A stretch of DNA of 64,000 nt from the NCBI RefSeq assembly GCF_036321535.1, contig NC_087437.1, positions 20,648,001-20,712,000 on the forward strand, given 5' to 3'. The notes beneath the pieces are model-generated. The model was given only the letters and a program-made list of their open reading frames with translations, ran no database searches and was not told the origin of the DNA. Positions 1 through 13,870 of this stretch are shown here, one piece after another (the stretch's first letter is position 1; each line of letters opens with the position of its first letter). The DNA is from Camelus dromedarius (lineage: Eukaryota). The position numbers and the translations under genes were made by a program.

Positions 1-1239
1 CAGTTCCCTCATCTGTGACAGTAACTGACATTTACTTTGCCACGAGGCATCAGGATTGTGGACAATAGATAGAAAGTGACTAGGTTAGTGCCTGGCACAC
101 AGTAGGTACTAAGAAAGGTAGGTTTCGAAATTGCCGGTTCTGACTATTACAGCTCCCCTAGGTTGGTAAAATGACTTAGCATTGTTAAATGTGGAAATAA
201 TCATTATTAAGTTTGGGTCTGCCTTGTGAACTCTGCATTCCACACAAGGGAATACATTGGCTTGGGGAGGTTTTTGACTCTTGTCTCTTTGAGATACATG
301 ATGGAAATGCCACCTGAGATTCAGAGGCCACTGTGTGTTTGTCAAAAATGAGCTGGGAGTGCTCAGCCTTCCCTGTGAGCAGTTTTAAAGGTTTCCAGCT
401 ACATATCTGGTTCAAACGCTTTGTAGCTCCCAGCGATGACTTGCCAGGTGAGCATGTGTTCAGCAAGGATGTCCAAACAGGTGGTGTCCTCACCAGCTGT
501 GCCCACGTGTGTGTTCAGCAGGGGTGAGCTGTGAGGTGCTGGGACTGAGGGGCAGCATCTGCCTCTCAGCAGATGGTGACTAGGCCTGGCTGTGGGCTGG
601 CCGCTGCTGGACCTTGGACAAAAGGGAAGGGGTAAGAGGTGGCCGGGCTCCACCTTTCAGGGAGTGGTGGAGGATAAAGGGAGGCTTGGGGCATCTGGGC
701 TGGAACGTGCCATTGGCAGCCTGTGCAACACTCACATTTTACAGGTGGGAGCTGAATGGACCAGAGAGCTGGGAGGACTTGCCCAAGGTTATCTGCTAAT
801 TAGCAGCGGAACCAGAACTAAAACCTGGGCCTCCAATTCCCCCTTGAGAGTGTACCTTGCCAGAAACAAGAGAGTGAGAATTCAGTGCAGTTTATGAGTC
901 TGTATTGAAAAACCCACCATAGGTGAAGGAGGACATAGTAGTTTTGGAGAATGATGGGTAGGGGTGGAGAGGACCTAGGAGCTTGGGCGGAGTGTAGAAT
1001 AGGTGCTCCCCACCCCCACTTCCACACATAGGAAGACTCTCCTTGGCTTCTCAGTGCCTCCCACATGTCAGAGACCTACCCCTGCTCGGACCACAGAACA
1101 AGGGGGTTCAGCACAGTGAGGACCAGACATGACTGATCTCTCCATTTACTACTGGCTGACCTGAGCACAGGTTCCCTGACTTCTCAGACCTGTGGACTGG
1201 GTATGGTGCTGCTGGGACTCTCCCAACAGACTTGTCAGC

Positions 1240-1400
1240 TGCACATCTCAAACCTTAATGTGCACTCAAGTCAGATGGGGATTTTGTTAAAAGCAGTTTC
1301 TGACTTAGTAGGTCTGGGTAGGGCCCCAGACTGTGCATTTCTGCCAGGCTCCTGGTGATGCTGACGATGCAGCCTGTCGAGGCATCGGGCAGTCAGTTTA
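1240..1400. mobile_element. MER5-like hAT-Charlie MITE
   Basis: ttgttaaaagcagtttctgacttagtaggtctgggtagggcccc..tgcatttct..aggctcctggtgatgctga. Confidence 0.7.
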
Positions 1401-3815
1401 GCAGAAGGGTTTCCTGAAACCAGTGTCAACAGCTCCCACTGCCACAGCATGTGAACGCCCTTAAATACAGCACAGCCGTTCTCACTCTGCTAATGGGCAT
1501 TGGTGCCGATGGAGTGGGTGCTGCTGGGAAAGCAGTGAATTGAGGGCAGGGGGCAAAGCCTCCACACACACACAGCACGTCTCCTCCTCCCCACCATCCG
1601 CCCGCCTAACCCCACTGATCCTGCAGCCAAGCTAATCTGCTCATTCCTCCATGCCTCGGTCTGTGCTGACCTCTTTGTTGGAAATGGCCTGCATCCCCGC
1701 CCCTGGCAAGGCCCTGTGTTGCCTGGCCTGGCTCTGCCCACCGCCCCTCCTGCCTGGCTGGTGCGAGGGTGGTCCTGTGCCTCCCCTCAACCCCAACCGC
1801 CCAGCTGTGCCTTCTGCATCCCCGCCCTTTCCTATCCAACCCCACTTCCCTCGTGTTCTCATCTTCCCCAGCCACCGTGGGCCTCAGTTGACATGTCCTG
1901 GAACCCAAGTTCTCAGAGTTGCCAGCGAGGTATACCCAAGTGAATCTGCACCATTATCCATGAATTTCCCCTGAAGGCGACTTTGCTTGAGAAGGGATTA
2001 CCACAAACAGAAGCAGCTCTTTGTTAAACAGTCATCAAGTGAGCACTTATGAGAGGCCAGACACTGCTCAGTGCTGCGCGTACATCTGATTTAAACCTCC
2101 ACAGCCCAGACAAACGCCAGTGAGCATCCCATGTGCGTTATCCTGTTTAATCCCCAGGGGTGAGAAACTGCTGTCCCACTTCACATGTAGGGAGACTGAG
2201 GCTGAGAGAGATGAAGAACCTGCTCACCGCTCGAGCTTGGGAGGCAGCTCCGGCAGACTCGAGCCCACACGTCTCACCTCCACGCCGCCCGGGGCCCAAA
2301 ATAAGTCTTCCCTGGCTCTGTGGGTGGTCCCAGGCCTGGGCTTTCGTGTGCTCAGCAGAAGGGTTTCCTGAAGCTGGTGTCGGCAGGTCCACTGCCACAG
2401 CACTTGAACACCCTTAAATACAACACAGCCAAAGCGTCCGTTCCCAGCCCTGTCTGTGGGAGTGGGTGCGTCTGAGAAAGCAATGGAAAGAGTAAGCATG
2501 TTTGCAGGAGGGGGTTTAAACGGCTGGGAGAGCAGACAGCCTGCTGGGCTGTCTCTACGGCCCCCCGGGAACCGGCTGCTTCTCCCAGTCTCTTCCCTTG
2601 GTTAAGGCAGGGGGGCGGTTAGCATGAGTTACGGCCGAGCCCAGACACTAATAAGGCTGCTTGTCTGAGGCCTTCCATAATTCAAGTTAAGGCTGTGCCA
2701 TTTAACGGCCCTTCTTCATCAGCTCTTCCAGGACTCGGTGCCTCCTTAATGATTTATTTGCTTGGGATGAAATTAAGCCGAGACAGCGTGAGCTTGGAAA
2801 ATACTGCCGAGCTGGTTCATCCTCTGCTGCAGCTGCTTTCTATAAATAGAGCTGGGAGCCCCTGCGTGTACAGGCTGCCCCATCCTGGGCCCCTGGGACC
2901 ACACTTGACAAGGCACCTGGGGCCCCCATCTCTCTCTCCGCCAAGGCCTATGACCCGACTAGGGAGCAGTGAGAGGCCAGAGCTGCCCACAGAAACATGG
3001 TTGTCCTTGCTTTGGAGTCAGTGAGTAGAAGCGTTTGACTTGATCCCCCATTGGAGCCATGGCCACATTCCCAATCTTGTCCTATCTGTTGATGTTTCTC
3101 CCTCAGAATGCACCCACGAGGGTGTCCCAAGCTAAGAGCAGGTTTGCCTTAGTGTTCAGTGAGGTGGATGAAGCTCTGCCTGGTGTCTGGGCCTAGCTGG
3201 GAGGGCCACGTGGGATCCCAACCTCGCTGACGGTGTCTGCCATAGGGTAAGGGGCTAGAGTTACAGCCCAGGGCCACTCACAAAGCTCACCCAGGAACCA
3301 GGCACCGAGAACAGGGGAGGGATGTTCAGTTGGGGCTCCCTTGGAAGTGCAGACCCCAGGAGACCCAGGTTGCCTCAGGAAAGGGGGTGAGTGTAAGATT
3401 GCATGAGGACTGAGTGGGTCCAGGAACGGGATGCTCTCAGGCAGGCACCCCACTGCTGTCTGTGCTGTGTGTCTGTCCCAGACCCCTCCTGCCCACGTGT
3501 GCCCTCCCTCTCCTGTGTCTTCTCTGTTCCCTCACAATTTGGGTGTCCTTTGGGGTTAGCTCGCCATGGCCCTAGCCCTGCCCCTGTCCCTAACCACTTC
3601 TACCTCACTGTTAGCTGGCACGTGATTTTCCCAGGTCTTGGTTTAAAGTCCGAAGAGTCTCTGACAGGCTCAGTGCTTCTCAGGTGCAGATAGTACCTGC
3701 TGGTTCCCTTAGTCATGGGGAGTCCTGGAGTGATCAGCTTCATCAGCATCCCTTAGGGAGAGTGAGAAAAACAGATTTTGGCTGTCTGTCATCTATGGAA
3801 TTCCTGGCCCCTGGA

Positions 3816-3831
3816 GTGCGTGTGTATGTGT

Positions 3832-3867
<36 letters not shown>

Positions 3868-3874
3868 TGTGTGT
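3816..3874. repeat. (GT)n / (GCGT) compound microsatellite
   Basis: Nearly uninterrupted alternating purine-pyrimidine run gtgcgtgtgtatgtgtgtgcgtgtgcgtgtgtgtg... Confidence 0.95.
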
Positions 3875-4272
3875 ATTATAAGCTTCCCAGTTGCAGTAGA
3901 TCATACTATCAACCCAGCAGTGGCAAGAAGTCAGCTGCTTGGGATGCCTGTCTAGAAGAAAGCTGCTGGAGTGGGTAGGGGTGCAGGTGGGCAAGCAGTG
4001 ATGTCCCAGGTTTATAGATACTAGGTGTCAGGAAGTGCTCAGAAGAGAGGGAGGAGGGGGGATAGGTCCTGGAAAGAGAAAACCTGGCTCAGTCCCTCCA
4101 GCATGGCCACAGGTTGTGTAACTGTGGGCAAGTCACCTCCCCTCTCTCTTCCCCTGTTTCTCCATCACAGGAAGGAAGAGATGGACAAGATGACCTGGAA
4201 GGGTCTCCACCGTTCTTTGGCATCTCCTATCTGGAGACCGCACATCTGATTTTTTGGATGACAAACACATGG

Positions 4273-4482
4273 CTGTGCTGTCTAATACAGTAGCCACTAG
4301 CCACATGTGGCTGTTTACATTTAAGTTTAAATTAATTACAATCAAATTAAAAATTCAGTTTTTCAGTTGCGCTAGCCACATTCAGGCACTCCATAGCCAC
4401 ATGTGTGGCTGGTGGCTACCATGCCGGACAGAGCAGACGCAGAACATTCCCATCATCACCCAAACTCTAGTGGACAGTGGTG
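4273..4482 (-). mobile_element. MER3 hAT-Charlie MITE, near full length
   Basis: ctgtgctgtctaatacagtagccactagccacatgtggct...AT-rich core...tggacagtggtg, ~210 bp with internal palindromes. Confidence 0.85.
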
Positions 4483-7400
4483 CTTGGGAGCCACTGGGAG
4501 GACCGGGAGGTCTAATGGGGAGGTCGCAGGCCACTGTTTCCATCTTGGAGCTGTTTCTGGGGCCAGTGCTGCAAGGACGGACAGCTCTTCCTGAGTTATT
4601 CCAGGACCCAGCTGGAGGAGGTGGGTCAGGAAGATTCAGCACAGATACCCGTCCAAGGAGAGGTGGGCAGCATGACCAGGAAACCTTAGAGAATGTTGAC
4701 AGCCCTGGGTGGGAGAGCCAGTGAGGGGACAAAGACAGGAGGTATGCTAGGAATGCCAAGGAGGAGGGCCTGGGGGACAGCAGGGGTCAGGAGCCCTCCT
4801 GGGGGGAGCGGCAGCTGCACTGCAAAGGCAAGAGCCCAGAACACCCAGGCGCAGGTGGGGGGAACAGCAGCGCCCCTTGCTAGGTCGGTGTCCTTGGGAG
4901 CACCCCCAAACCCTCTGAGCCTCCACCTCCTTGTGTGTGATAGGGGAGGAGTAAGAAAGAGGTTGTTATGGAGAGGAAGTAAAACCAGACCCTTGAGAGC
5001 CCTTTGTAAATGGTGGCCCGGATTGTGGCAGAGACTGCTTCACGAGGCACTGTCGAGTGTTCGTTCTGACTTGTAATCGAAGCTGTCCTCAGTGGTGATT
5101 TTAAGGTTCTGGGATGTCTTTCCTATCTCTCCATCTGGGCAGTAGGCTCTTTGGAGAAAGGGTAAGCATGTTCTTCCCATGTCCCCTTAGTCCTGAGCAC
5201 GCAGGTGGCTTCCGTCCACGCTGTTCCACTGCAGTCAAACAGAACGGCACCGGTGGCTGCCATGCGGGGGGCCTGCTGACTCTTTCTACTTGCTCCCGAC
5301 CTGGTAGCCTTTCATGCTCAGGGAGTCATCCAACACTTTTCTTGTCCCTGACACACGTGTGTGTCTGGTTGTCATTTTCTGAACCCACGGCTCATCTCAG
5401 CTCTGACCCCAGCCCCGCCGTGTGTAAACAAACCAAGGGCAGAGGTCAAAGGCCAGAGCGGGGCTTTGCTGGCATCTCTTGTATGGGGTGCATTTGGCAG
5501 GAAGTAGCCTGGTGTCTGGTTTCACGATGAAATGGGCTTTCATCTGCATTCCTAGCTGGGAGGTGACATTTCTGGCTGACTGTGGATGATGGATTGCCTG
5601 CTACACACCGGCCCTGGATAGGTTAATAGCTCAGGACTGGCTCTCAGGACTTTTCATGAAGTCCCACCACAGACAGAGAGGGGAGCTGAACCCCTCCAGA
5701 TCCACCTGTTCCACCAACACAATTGGTGGGGTTCCTGACAGAACTGGCCATGAAGATAAGTCAAAGTAACTACTGAGCATCTCCCAGCCCCAAACCTAAG
5801 TGCTTTATAAATATATGAAATTCCATTAAATCCTTTTTAGTGGGTTGTGCTGACATCCCCATTTCATGGATGAGGAGACTGAGGCTGTGCGAGGCCAAAT
5901 GGTCGCAGAATCAGATCTGGGATTTGGACCTTCGTCTGCCTGAGTCCCAGGTTTAAAAGTCCTGAAGGTCTCCTTCTTGCCCCTGGTATCCTCCCTCTGA
6001 TCACAGTGAGGTTTTCCAACACCTGAATGCAATCTGCTTTCCTTGCTCAGTCTCACTCAGCCTGAAGATCTGAATTTCTCTAGGTGTAGGCTTAAGGCCA
6101 GGTTTTGCAGAGCTGTGTGACCAGGGCCAGCCACAGAACCCCTCTGAGCCCCAGGTGCCCTCACTGGACAGTAGGGGTCCCTTACCTATCCAGGGAGCTA
6201 GTGGATAGTGCCAGTTACATGGCCTCCCCCGGCTTGTTTGGAGGGCCAGGGAAACTGTGCTCCATGGTTTCTCAGTCACTGTTGTCCCCATGCCAACTAC
6301 CCTCAGTAGAACCCTGGGTGGTGCCTCTCTGGATCCCAGGACATGTCCAGCAGAGGACATGGGAAAGATATCAGCCCCTTTTGGTCCCATGTTCTCAGCT
6401 TCTTGCCAGGAGGGAGGCCACAGCTGGCTCTGCCCTGGGGAGGGAGGGTCTTACTGCACCCCTTCCTCTGGGCAGACCCAGGGATACGTACCTCGTATGT
6501 GGCCTCCCTCACTAGAGCCGGCTTCTTAAAACTTCTGTCTCAGGAGCTGGTCCCCAGTCCTCAGGCCAACATCTGCATCTTACCAGGCACATTTCACCTC
6601 CACACCTTTGCCTGTGCTGTGTCCCCTGCCTGGATGCCATCTTCTTCTTCATCTGCCTAAAGCTATCCTTTCTCAAGGCTCAGAGAGATGCCAGCCTCAT
6701 TTGTAAAGTGCTCTTTAATGGCCTCAGTCTACACTGACAACTCTGCTCTGTGCTGCTGGAGAACATTGGGTGGGTGGAGGGTCTGCAGGGCTTTATAACC
6801 TAGAAAAGATGAAGGCACGACCACATTCTTAGCGACCAGCCCTCCAGCGTCTTTCTCTGTGGCTCCTCCTCCTTAGACTCTTGCCCTGCTTGCCTCTCCC
6901 TTCTCTGAGCTCTGGAAGCCTCTGGGGGCCCTGCAGGGCAGAGAGAAAGGCTCTGAAGTCAGGCAGAAAGCCCGGGTTTGAATCCTGACTCCCCTGTTCC
7001 AGGCCGGGGCCTCTCTGTACTTTCCCTTTGGTGTCATCGTCTGGAAAATGCAGCTACTAATGGCCGTACTGGAGGATGGCAGAGAGAGGTCAGTGAACCT
7101 GTCAGCGTGGAAAGCCCAGTGCAGTGCCTGAGGCTGGACGGCACTCACGTGGATCCCTTTCCTCTTGCAGATCATAACGGCCTAAGACATAGACCCAGTG
7201 GGTGCACAATAAAGACTTCTTAGCTTTTGCAATACTTTGTTTTGCGGTGTTCCTCTACTAAAAGCAACCTGAGGCCCTCGACGCTGAGAGCAGGAACATG
7301 GTGCTTGCTCTGCCTCTGAGGGGCCCCTGCCTGGCCCTTCCCTCCTCCTCCCTCCACACCCCTGCCCTGGCCTCCCTGTGCCCTCCGCCCATGCCGCCCA

Positions 7401-8209
7401 GGCGGCTGCACCGGCCTATAAATCAAACTTGTCCCTGGAGACCTCTGACCCAAACCAGATGGCTGGACAGCGCCAGCAGAGAGTAGGCTTAGCTTCCAAC
7501 AATGCCTGACCCTTCCCCTACCCGACCCAGGGCCTTGGAGATTCTTCAACCAGCTGCCCTGTCAATCACTACCAATTGGTGATCCCAGCGCTGGCAGCAG
7601 CTGGGGGCTGTGACCTCTCAGAGACACTTAGATACTGTCTTGGAGACATTCCATTAAGCCATATAAAGATCTCTTAAGGGTTTGCGGTATCTGCTTTCTA
7701 TGGCACAGGCAGTAGCCTGACCCAATAGTGTGAGCTGGTATGCTCTGTGCCACTGTCTGCCTCCTCCTCCAGGAAGCCTTCGCTAGCTACAGCAGCTGCT
7801 GGAACTTCTATAGCATAGAATGTTTGACCCCTCCAGGCAGACATTTGTATACTGTTCATTCCGTCAGTATTCACTGTGTTTTCTCTGCCTGGGCCCATGG
7901 GGAAGCTTGGACATTGCCTTGCTACCAGGAGCTCCCCAAGACAGCTATTATATAATAGCAGGACAGGGTGAGCAGAAGAACTCAGAAGGTAGATGCACCA
8001 TAACTTTGGAATTTAGAACAGCTTCTCGGCGATGGAGTAGTGCTTAAGCTGTCTTGGAGGATGAGAGGAAGAGGGAGTGTGTTGCAGACAGAGAAATGGC
8101 ATGTGGCAGGGACAGGCTCAGGGTATAAAGCAGCCTGATAGATTCAGGGACCTGCAAACTGGAGAGTGTGCTGAAAATACACCTGGAAGATGAATGGGGG
8201 TTAGAGGTA

Positions 8210-8625
8210 GATCAGTACGAATTAGGTTTGATTGTATGCAACCCCAAATCCCTAATAATACCGGCTTAAACACAAGTAGAGGTTCATTTCGCTCTCATTT
8301 AAGACAAGTCTGGAAACAGGCAATCCAAGGATATTGTGGGGCTCTGTGAGGTGATCAGTGCCCCAGGCCCCACCTGCCTGCTGCTCTGCCTTCCCAGCTT
8401 GTGATTTCCGTGCTCAAATGTACCTCATGGCCCCGAGTGACTGCCAAACCTCCAGCCTTGGCACCCTCATTCCAGGCAGTAGGATGGAAGAGCTGGAGGG
8501 CACACTGTCTCGCCTTAAAAAAGATGTTTCAGAAATACCCTCCTCCACTTCTGCTTTTTGCCCAATGGTTAGAAGGTGATCACATACCACTCTTAGCTGC
8601 AAGGAAGCTGAAAAATGTAGTTCTG
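8210..8625. mobile_element. Old MaLR LTR (MLT1I/J/K-like)
   Basis: ggcttaaacacaag...ttcgctctca...aagtctgg and cacataccactcttagctgcaaggaagctgaaaaatgtag motifs. Confidence 0.6.
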
Positions 8626-9174
8626 ATAATATTTGCTGCCTAGCACATTGTTCTGCAGAGGAACCAGAGGCCCTACCTTACCTCTGTGGGAAAGAACACG
8701 CTCAGTTAATGATGTCTCCTTTCATTGTGGGCCTGGAGCCAACAGCATGCATCCCAGTGTTTGTCTTGCTGGTCTACAGCCAGGAGGTTCTCTCCCCAGG
8801 GATTCCCAAGGTGTTCGGTGCAGTTCCTGCAAACAGAGCCAAACACACGGCCAGCCACTCTCCAAAGCCCGAGAGCTGAGCAGGATTCTAGGTGAAGGGT
8901 TTCTTGGTGCTCTGCAGTTTGATTTTGTTTCTGATCTACAGCCTCCTTAAGGCATCCAGTGCCCTTCAGCAAGCCTAGAGTCTGCAGAATGGGCTGTGCT
9001 GTTAGAGCACGGACTAGGAAGACAAGGCAGGAATACAGTGTACCTGTGTAGCTGCAGCCCCACCCCCATCTGAGAGCTTTTCCAGAATATATTACAAAGA
9101 ATTTGAGGAAAGTTCTGAGCCATTTTATTTTCACAGCTGGAAATGCATTGTCTCCTGGTTGAATTTCATACCTG

Positions 9175-9870
9175 CTGTGTGTCAGAGCCCCAGTTTCCTT
9201 AGCTGTGAAATGGGATTAAAACTACCTGTCTGGAGGGGTTGCTGGATCACATGAAATAAGAGAAGGTAAAGGAGGGAAGAGATACAGAAGGTAGCAATTA
9301 GGAGCACAGGCTCTGGCCTCAAACTGCCTGGGTTCCAATTCTGGCTCTGCTGCTGGTTGCTGTGTGACCTTGTATATGTTACTTAACCTCTCAGTTCCTT
9401 TGTTTCCTTATCTGTGATATAGAGATAATAATAGTATCAATTTGAAGGGCTGTTGTAAGGCTCATACATGTTGTAATATGTACATAAAGGGCTTACACAC
9501 TGGGCACATATGTGCATGTAAGAGGCTGAAGAGCACAGCCTTTGGGACTAGGCAGGGCTGGGCTAAGGTTCCACGTGATTTATTCCTTTGGGCCCTAGTT
9601 TCCTCATTTGTGGAAAAAAAAAAAAAACAAGGATAATAGGACCTGCCTTGCAGAGTGAGGATTAGTGACAGAATAGCTGTAAAATGACACGTAGGATACA
9701 CTCAGTAAGTCAGCACTATGGTGACAGTTATAATAATGATACTGGGTCCCAGGCTCTGTTGTCAGCTTCTTTACCTCATAAGAACACTGGAGAACTAGGT
9801 TGCCAGTGACGTTCCCCTTAGGGAAAATGAGGCTCAGGGACTTGCCTGGGGTCACACAGATGGAGAAAAA
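9175..9870. mobile_element. Cluster of MIR SINEs
   Basis: Repeated MIR core, e.g. ctgggttccaattctggctctgc..gctgtgtgaccttg..gttacttaacctctcagtt..tttccttatctgt (9327-9415), plus partial cores at ~9190, ~9595 and ~9825(-). Confidence 0.75.
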
Positions 9871-11269
9871 TGAAGATGACATTTGGCCTGGGTCAGCTGA
9901 CCCCCAGCCTGTGCTGTCCTGCATGGGAACGTTGGTCCTGAAGAGGAGCAGGCCCTGGGTTCAAGGGGGGAAGGGCTGGGGTGGAGCTGGCCCAGAGCTT
10001 CAGGGACAGCTGCCCCTGAGGTGTCATGTGACACAGAGGACCAGGGCTTCTGAGCCCATGTCCCACGTAGGACCCTGACCCTTGCTGCGGAGTATAGACT
10101 TCTGCTGGTAGGCAGTGGGAGTCACGGGAGGGGATGGGGGAGCATGGAGAAAGCCAGGTGTCCAGAGGCTTCCCTGTCAGTTAGCAGAGGGAGGGGTGGG
10201 GGGATCGTGAACTGGGCGCAGACAAGACTGGAGAATAGGGTGGAGGGAGACAGGCCACGAAGGAAGGTAGCCCAGGAGGAGGAACCCAGCAGGAGGCGAA
10301 AAGTGCAGGGTGTGCTAGAGGGGCCCCCAGTTCTGGGGTCCCAACCATGTCAGGCACTGTGGCGGCTGCTTTCCGTCCACGATCTTGTTTGATCCTCAGA
10401 TTGTCCTGGGTAGTGGGTGAGGAAGCAGAGGCTGCAGGGGTGAAGTAGCTCGCCTGAGCTTGCCCAGCCGGGAGCGGGAGTGGCAGGGCTGGGTCTGGGC
10501 CCCGAGCTGAGTGCCAAGCCCATGCCCCAAGGCAGATGTAGGCAGGGGGCGGGGGTGGGGGTGGTGAGTGTCTCCAGCCACTTACTTCAGGAGTCTGCAG
10601 CCTTGTCTGTGGGGTAGGGCTGGGACACCTCTGCGCTTACAACCTTGAAGGATAGACTTTTCTTTAGGAAGCAAAAGTTTGGTCGTGCTCAGTGAACTGG
10701 AAAATGGAAGTGACCCCGGGGTGGAGATTTAAGGCCCTGCTGGCTGCTTGGGCAGCGCTGGGTTTAGTGGCTGGGCCCTAGGCTCTGCACCGCGGGCTGG
10801 GGGGCTGGCCCGCTGGGGCCTCATTGCCCTCGGAGTTCCATCTGGGCCGCAGACTCCTTCCCAAGCCTGACCTGGAAGTGGACCAGCAGCCTCTTCTCCA
10901 GGACAGCAGAGCCCCTAGCACCTGCTCCTGACGGGACGTTATCCATGTCACGTGGGGACACACAAAGAGGGCCTACAGTTACAGGGACTGCGTTCATCCA
11001 CACTATAAAAAATAGTGCTGGGAGGCTGTACTCCAGGCAGGTTATCTGGGTGGCAGGAGAAGTGAATTTCTTGCTTCTTTGTGCTTAATGTTCTCTCCAA
11101 ATCAACACTCACAGAAGGATGTCATTGTGAAAAGCCTAAGTGCTCTCTAGCCATCCCCACTTCCTAGCCGACTTATGGGGCGCCCACACCCCATTCCCTT
11201 GGCCCAGGGTGTTGGGTGGTCCTAGGGCCCAGGGGCTCCTCCCGGGTGGCATCCATCTGCTCTGCTTTC

Positions 11270-11594
11270 CTCCACTCAGCCAGACACAGGTACAACCTGG
11301 ACATACCCTTGGGGGCACCCCTCAGCCATTGCGGGTGCAGCAGTCAGTGGACAAGTGCGCGGCTCCCCAGCCTCCAGGAGGACAGTTCTGAGGCGCATCC
11401 TACACAGCTGCTCAGGGGGTCTGAGCACGAGCCTCAGGCGCCCCCAGCTGTGTGGACTCACTAACACACCTTCTCTCGTCTTCCTCCCTCCCCTGTATTA
11501 CTCTCCCCTCCCCCTCATATTTATTTCTTGAGATCACCTCCCCCCAAAACTACCTGCACCCAAAGCCTCGTCTCAGGGGGACCCCAGCTAAGAC
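11270..11594 (+). mobile_element. ERVL LTR16-like solo LTR remnant
   Basis: Ends gatcacctcccccaaaactacctgcacccaaagcctcgtctcagg...cccagctaagaca, the typical LTR16 terminus. Confidence 0.7.
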
Positions 11595-12875
11595 AGGCTC
11601 ACCCTCACTACTTCCTTGTAGGGCATCTCAGCCGTGTTTCAGGCGTACAAAAGTACATCTGTATCCATATCTGAATACTGATTTCTAGATTCATATCTTG
11701 TTCCCTTTATGCTTGTCTTATTCCATCTATTTAGAAAATTTACTGAGTGAAGTAAAAAAGAAAATCCACAAATGGGACCATTCTGCAATGTGCTTCCTTC
11801 ACGACTGGGTGAAACAATGCAGGGGGATTTTGGGTGCTGGTCAGGGCACCTAGGAGCCCTTCCTGGTGACATTGATCCTGCTTGTGGGGGTGCCCACATC
11901 CCCCAAGCATGGGACCAACCCCAGATAGAGGTTACTGGTCCTCAAGGACGGGGAGTGTGTGACAAACCCTCATCCTCGTCCAGTTGGTCAGAATGCACTG
12001 TCCTGAGCCTTCTCCACCTCCCCCAGCAGACCAGACCTGGGCTGGGCCCTTGCAGCTGCAAAGATGGGCCGACCTGGTCTACTCCATATGTCCAACAGGG
12101 TAGAACAGTCCAGTAAGAGCCTCAGGTTCCCGCAGACCTCAGAAAGGGGACAGAGGGCACACAGGGGACACAGATATCCAATCAAGGAGGGCTCTGCTGA
12201 GGAAGGGACTTCTGCCAAGTTGAGTGGAACCTGAAGGAGCAAGACAAGCCATGGGGACTGTTAGAGCAAAGGTGTGGAGGTGTGATGGGGGTATGTGTAG
12301 GACAGGCAGCAGATATGGTGCTTCTAACAACTCATCCTCAACTGCAGTGAATTCTTTCATCCCAGACTTTCACAAGCAGCCCTGTGTCTGCCAGCAGCCT
12401 CAGGGTCAGGAACTAGATGAGATGACGGACACACTTGGACAGAAGCCCTTACCTTATTCCTTAGGGAATTTGTAAAAAGCCAGCTATCTTTGAAAAACCA
12501 ATTTTCAGGGATTTCAGAGAAATCTTTTCAGAACATGTGGGTGTAGACAGCTCTGCCACTAATCAGCTGGGTGATCTTGGGAACGTCACTGCAGAGCCTG
12601 CTTGGAATTCTCTTCTTGCTTCTTTAAAGCCGTGGTCAGATGTAGTCACTTCTGCTTGTGGGAGGGATGCGGACATTCATGAACACTAGTCTTGGGTGAT
12701 GCTGGCCACCTACACCTTCTCCCTGCTTATGAATTAAGGGAGACACTAAGCAGAACAGTTCACTCTCTCTTTTCCCCTGCCCCTCATATTGGGAATACAC
12801 ACAGGCTCAGCCCAGAATTTAAACCCCAATTCTCCTACCGTGTGACCCTGGGCAAGTAATTTTTAAAGAAATTTT

Positions 12876-13870
12876 TCATTCTGCACATGCTAATTGAGCA
12901 CCTACTATGTGCCAATCACTATTCAGTGCACTGGGGATATAAAACAGACAAAAATCCCTGTCCTTATGAAGCTTATATTTTAGTAGGTAGAGATAGACAA
13001 TCAGCCAATCAATGTTAGTAAACTGTTAGTTACTGATAAGTGCTATGGAGAAAAATAAAGTGGTGAAAGGGCTAGAATGTGTTGGAAGAAGCTGGAGTTT
13101 GCAATTTTAAATAGGGTGGTTAAGGAAAGCCTTGTTGAGAAAGTGATGTTTGAGCAAAGAACTTGAAAAAGTAGAGGGAATGAGCCGTAGGGGTGTATCT
13201 GGGAAGGGGATCCACGGAGCAGTAACAGCAGGTGCACAGGCCCTGAGTCACATGGTCACATATGCTGGAAACAAAAGGCGAAGGAAAGAGGAGCAGGGGG
13301 TGAGGCCAGAGAGGAACCGGGCATGGGGGGAGGCACACCAGACTCTTGGGAAGAGAAGTGGCATGATTTGCCTTAGGTTTTAGCAGGATCACTTGAACTG
13401 CAATCTTGGGAATAAATTGTAGGGGAGCCAGGGCAGAAGCAGGGAGGGCAGCTAGGAGGCTGTTTTGGAACAAATGAGAGACGCTGGTGGCTTTGATCAG
13501 GATAGTAGCTGATGCTGGAGGTCTTCTGAGAGTGGGGCCGACAGAACTTGCCATAGAGGGTGAGAGGAAGAGAAGAGTCAAGGAGTTGAGGATGATCCCA
13601 GAATTGGGACCCAAGCAGCTAGAAGTACGGAGGTGCCATTGACTGGTATGTGCAAGACTGCAGGTTGGGGTTGGCGGTCAGGAGCCCGACTTTGGACACG
13701 GGAGTGCTGAGATGCCCATCGGGCAGTCAGGAGGAGGTGCTGTGTCAGCAGTTGCATGTGGAGTGCAGGGGTGAGGTCCAGTATTCAGATGGTTTTTATA
13801 CCCAAGACACAGTGCGAAATCTTCTGGGGAGAAGAGGACCCAGGACCCAGCCTTGGGGCACTGTAATGCT
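12876..13870 (-). mobile_element. L2 LINE fragment inserted in a MIR
   Basis: attgagcacctactatgtgcc is the reverse of the L2 3' end. ORF 13120..13614(-) ...ATILIKATSVSHLFQNSLLAALPASALAPLQ...NHATSLPKSL resembles the L2 ORF2 C-terminus. MIR halves lie at ~12805-12862 and ~13880-14030. Confidence 0.8.

Noticed and set aside
4273..4482. Strong hairpin/palindrome suggesting a miRNA or structured RNA
   Set aside because: Fully explained by MER3 internal inverted repeats.
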